Source: the human T2T-CHM13v2.0 reference genome, Homo sapiens. Taken from it: a stretch of DNA of 64,000 nucleotides. Positions 59,555 through 64,000 of the stretch are shown here, piece by piece. Location of the stretch: assembly GCF_009914755.1 (NCBI RefSeq), contig NC_060947.1. One strand, given 5' to 3'. A program made the translations under genes and the position numbers. Under the pieces are notes generated by a model. It did no database searches, was not told the origin of the DNA, and worked only from the letters and a program-made list of their open reading frames with translations. Position 1 is the first letter of the stretch, and each line of letters begins with the position of its first letter.

Positions 59555-60940
59555 CAAGCTCTCCTTAAGTAGTCTCCTGTGTTCCCATGGCTTTAAGTAC
59601 CTTGTATGTGCTGATACACTTGAAAATGTGTATATCAGACTTGAGTTTCTTTGCTGACACTTTAAGTCTTCATCTTCTTACACTTTGATACAGTTAACCA
59701 CTTACTCTCTGTAGAATTACTTTTTTCCCTGGCCTCTGTGACACTATCCTTTCCTGATTTTTCTTCTACACCTCTGGTTAATTTGCAGTCTTCTATGTAA
59801 GGTCATTATTTTATGTCCATCAAGCATCAGGTCACAGTCTGTACTCCTTCCCTGCAATGCCCAGAAATATTACTAATGCCCATATTATTGATTACTATCT
59901 AGTTACTAAATACCAAATGAGACTTTTCTTCTGAGTTAGCTATGTGTATTCATCAGCCTCTCTGACATCTCCACATGTTCCAAGTTAATCCACCCACAAA
60001 ATAAACCCGCTCCTCCCTGTGGCTCCTCATATCTCAAATTTGCATCTTTATATGTTATGTACACTTTTACACGATCTCAAAACCTGGGAGTTAATATTTA
60101 TATCTTCCATTCCTTCACCCACCACCTCATTCAATTCCATCACTAAACACTAAGTGTGCCTGTAAAAGGCACCTTAAATTCATCCACTTTTCTTCATTCC
60201 CACTGTTACCACGTTAATCATAATGTCTCATCTGGATTACTGCAATAACCTCTTACGTAGTCTCTAGTCTCTTTTTTTCACCACTACTCCGCCCTTACCT
60301 CCCATCCTGTTTTATTCTTTACAAAGCAACCAAGAATGACATTTTAAAAGTGTTCATTGATAATTTAATATGCTTATAAACCTTCAAGGGCTTTCTACTG
60401 TGTATCTAAGGTAAAGTCCATAGTTTGTTTGTAAGAACTGCATGCTCTGGTCCTTGCCTACATTGACAGCCTTATCTTAAACCACTAAACTTATCCCTTA
60501 GCTCACTGACCACATCAGTCTGCATTTAGTTATTGGGATGTGCCAAACGTTTTGCTTTTAGGGTCTTTTGTATATATGGTTTACTTTGCCTAATATTCTT
60601 CCTCCTATCTTTGCCTGGATGACTCCTTATTATCCTTCAGGTCTTAACCTGAATGTTACCTTCACAGATTGCCCTTCTTTGACTACCCAAGCTAATTTTC
60701 TCCACTAGTTTTTTTTTTTCAATTATTGTACCATGTTATTTTTCTTCATAGCCCTTAATATTCACAGCCCTTGATATTGTCATCTTATATTTTTACATAT
60801 TAGGGTCTGTATTTTCCCATTATATTGTTAGCTTTATGAGAACAGAGGCCTTGTTTATCTTCTCCATTACTGATTACCCAGAACCTACCACAATTGTTGG
60901 CAAATACTTAATATTTACTACATATTTTTTAATGAGTAAC
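59555..60940 (-). mobile_element. L2 LINE remnant
   Basis: cccatggctttaagtacc..tatgtgctgat, tctcatctggattactgcaataacctc, terminal ...aaatacttaatattt...aatgagt. Confidence 0.7.
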
Positions 60941-61160
60941 TGAAGGTACTACACTCTTAATAAATCTACTGTTCTTCAGTGTACTCTGGCCACTTCCTCA
61001 TTTTCCTTTAAAAGGTAAACTTATCATTTTTATTACTGAGATGGCCTAATCTTTTAGTACATCTCTGTTACAAATTGAATCTTCAGATCATTTTTCTGGT
61101 TTTGCTGGTTTTCATGTATAATAACTGTGTCTTAGAACTTCCATTGATGGCTTCTTTTAG

Positions 61161-61253
<93 letters not shown>

Positions 61254-62367
61254 TGATTTTCTTTTTTTGCTATATTGATTAAACCAGAAGATTACAACAA
61301 TCCCTCAACCTTTAGTACTCTCTGTTTTTGTCATAAAAATTATCATCAGATGTTTACTAGACATTACATGTACTTTCTACCTGAAAATAAAAGCAATCTG
61401 GACCAGGGAGAATTTTAACAACATCGGCTTCATTCTTTTGCCTTTCTATCCAGTGTTTTGGGGATTGGCAGCAGAAATAGGGTTCTATATTCTTATTCTT
61501 GTACTGTGGAGAGCAGTAGGGTCTTTTGTACATTTACAAAAGACCTAATTAAAAATAAAAATTATGGAAGTCCCATTGAATATATTAAGATATATCATTT
61601 GTAACACTATCAGTTATGCATAATATATGAACATATTTTGAAGGCTGAAGGAATACAGTTTATGCATGGTGAACATCAAATGTAATCTTAAGAAAAAAAT
61701 TTTAGCCTACAGAAAACATGCATAGAGAGAGCAGTAACTTTTGAGTATAGATTAGGAGGTCAATTTCTTAGGGTTTATATTTCATGATAATCGAATCCTT
61801 TGCCAAAAATGAAAAATCAAAACTTCCTGGTAGTTTATCACTAAGATACAAGATTGGGGACTTTTTTCATTAGCTACCTTGTCATTCCTTACTTGATATC
61901 ACCCATCCATAGTTTTTAAAATTCACTCAATCTTGCCCTTTATATTTTATAAATTGTTATGAAGTAATATTTGAAAATACAACAGAATACATGCAAAATA
62001 TATGTATGTTATGAAGCATAACTATAAAGTGAACAACATTTAAGAGCTAGAAAATTACAAATAATTTTGAATCAACCTGTGTCCCCCTTGGTAATCAAAT
62101 CCTTCTGCATTCCCCCAAGACATAGCTACCATCTGTGCCTTAAAAATAGCTTTATTATATATGCATATATTTCTAAGCAATAGAATATTTAGCTTTGCTT
62201 TATAAAATAATGTAATATTTATGTAGTTTTCTGCAACTTACTTTTTCTACTTGATATGCTAAGATTCATCCATATTATTGGATATGGCTTTAGTTCACTC
62301 TGTTTCACTTTCATATAACTTTCCATTTGTGGACATACTACCATTTGGTGTTTTTTGTTTTATGTGG

Positions 62368-62676
62368 TGTTTGTTGTTGTTGTTGTTGTTTTGAGATAGC
62401 ATCTTGCACTCTTGCCCAGACCGGAGTGCAGTGGCATGATCATGGCTCACTGCAGTCTTAACCTCCTGGGCTTAAGCAATCCTCCCACCTCAGCTTCCTG
62501 AGTAGCTGGGACCATAGGTGCACATCACCACACCTGGCTACTTTTTGAAAATTTTCGTGGAGACAAGTTCTCACCATGTTGCCAAGGCTGGTCTCAAACA
62601 TCTGAGCTCAAGTGATCCTCCTGCTTAGGCCTCCAAAAGTATGAGGATTACAGGTGTAAGCCTCTGTGCCCAGCCT
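62368..62676 (-). mobile_element. AluJ with (GTT)n tail
   Basis: gatcatggctcactgcagtc...gggcttaagcaatcctcccacctcag. Confidence 0.9.
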
Positions 62677-63160
62677 ACAATTTTTTCATTACAAAAAAAA
62701 ATCCATGATTTATATCTAAGTATAGAATTGCTAGATTGTAGGCCAAATTTTCAGTTTTTAACATGCCAAATTATTCCATAACACTTGTATCATTCTCTTA
62801 TAATTTATCCCAGTTCCTCTCATTTCCCTCTGTCTTTAATCTTATCTATTTTAAAATTAGAGAAGCTATCTTGAAAGTAGTAGCCTTTCCCTTCTCATTG
62901 GTAGCATAAAAGCCCTAACTAAATGCATACCTTTATCACTTTGTTTTGTAAATTTTCCTTATTATTTGTCTTATGTTTATTTACCACTTTAAACCACAAG
63001 TTTTCTTATAATTACTTAATCCTTTTATCCCTTTGCATTTTAAAATTTCACTTATAATATTGCTGAATGATAAAATTGTAGAGCAGAATTCCAATGACGA
63101 CTGAAGTTTAAATGAAGTCTAAATTTCATCCATTTAGTTCTTTGTAAGATACAATTAGGG

Positions 63161-63438
63161 GGCCGGGCACAGTGGCTCACGCCTGTAATCCTGGCACTTT
63201 GGGAGGCCAAGTCATGAGATCAAGACCAGCCTGGCCAACATGGTGAAACCCCGTCTCTACTAAAAATACGATAATTAGCCGGACCTGGTGGCAGGTGCCT
63301 GTAATCTCAGCTACTCAGGAGGCTGAGGCAGGAGAATTGCTTGAACCCAGGAGGCGGAGGTCGCAGTGAGTTGAGATCATGCCATTGCACTCCAGCCTGG
63401 GCGACACAAGTGAGACTTTGTGTAAAAAAAGAAAAAAT
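63161..63438 (+). mobile_element. AluS with a short internal deletion, ending about 60 nt upstream of exon 10
   Basis: ggccgggcacagtggctcacgcctgtaatcc...gcactccagcctgggcgaca, A-rich tail. Confidence 0.92.
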
Positions 63439-63496
63439 ACAATAAGGGGCTTGTTTTTCTTTTTTTTCATCATTTTCTTTACTCACTTTATAACAG

Positions 63497-63559
63497 GGCC
63501 TACCTGGTCCCACTGGTATACCAGGGCCAATTGGTCCCCCAGGACCACCAGGTTTGATG
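63497..63559 (+). CDS. COL4A5: COL4A5 exon 10 (63 bp, [21 protein letters not shown])
   Basis: tttataacag acceptor, ATG|gtaagc donor, 7 Gly-X-Y triplets. Confidence 0.97.
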
Positions 63560-64000
63560 GTAAGCTCTCTTCTTTAATTTAATTTCCCCCCCTTTCCTTT
63601 CTGACTTCTTTCAGGAATATTAATATTATTTATAATACTTGAAAACATAATGCATTCTCAACATTCATAATTTATAATTTTCTTATGTAAAGGTGACTTT
63701 ACAATGATATGGTGAATAATATGCATTCTAAGTAATGGCTCCATTTTATAGATGGAAAAATGAGGTATATAAAAGGAAAGATTTACAATGAAATATTTTG
63801 TTGGTTGCTCTTGATGTATCAGTGTTGAAGTCAATTCTGGCCATTTCAGAAAGTCTTTTAAGGCAGTTTTCTAATCACTTGATGAAACATGTTTCTTCAA
63901 ACTGCAATTGTTTGTTTAAGAAGAGCAAAAGCAGGGCTTCATAAAAAATATTGGCTCTCATTTCCTAGGCGCCTGGGACAAAACAGTAGAATTGGTGAGG

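Overview
AT-rich primate genomic DNA, almost certainly human X chromosome. The whole window lies inside COL4A5 (collagen IV alpha-5, + strand). It covers the 3' part of intron 1 and exons 2-10. All nine exons have AG/GT boundaries, are phase 0, and splice into an open frame ([27 protein letters not shown]...GPPGLM). The rest is intron dominated by transposons: a full-length antisense L1PA5-like element with TSDs, nested older L1s, Alus, MaLR and ERV LTRs, and a decayed ERV env. Nearly all ORF-track entries are L1/Alu/microsatellite by-products, and the track misses the real exons. I see no convincing new biological system. The best leads are: (1) an open, extended L1 ORF0 with an intact splice donor pointing into COL4A5 exon 3; (2) a stop-containing 147-nt pseudoexon in intron 6; (3) an apparent ancient L1 3' transduction; (4) an L1-retroposed, polyadenylated MER11 LTR fragment; (5) an orphan ERV LTR-PBS-splice-donor fragment inside a DNA transposon near exon 2. 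Repeat subfamily names come from recalled consensus sequences and need RepeatMasker/Dfam confirmation. Boundaries of old repeats are approximate.
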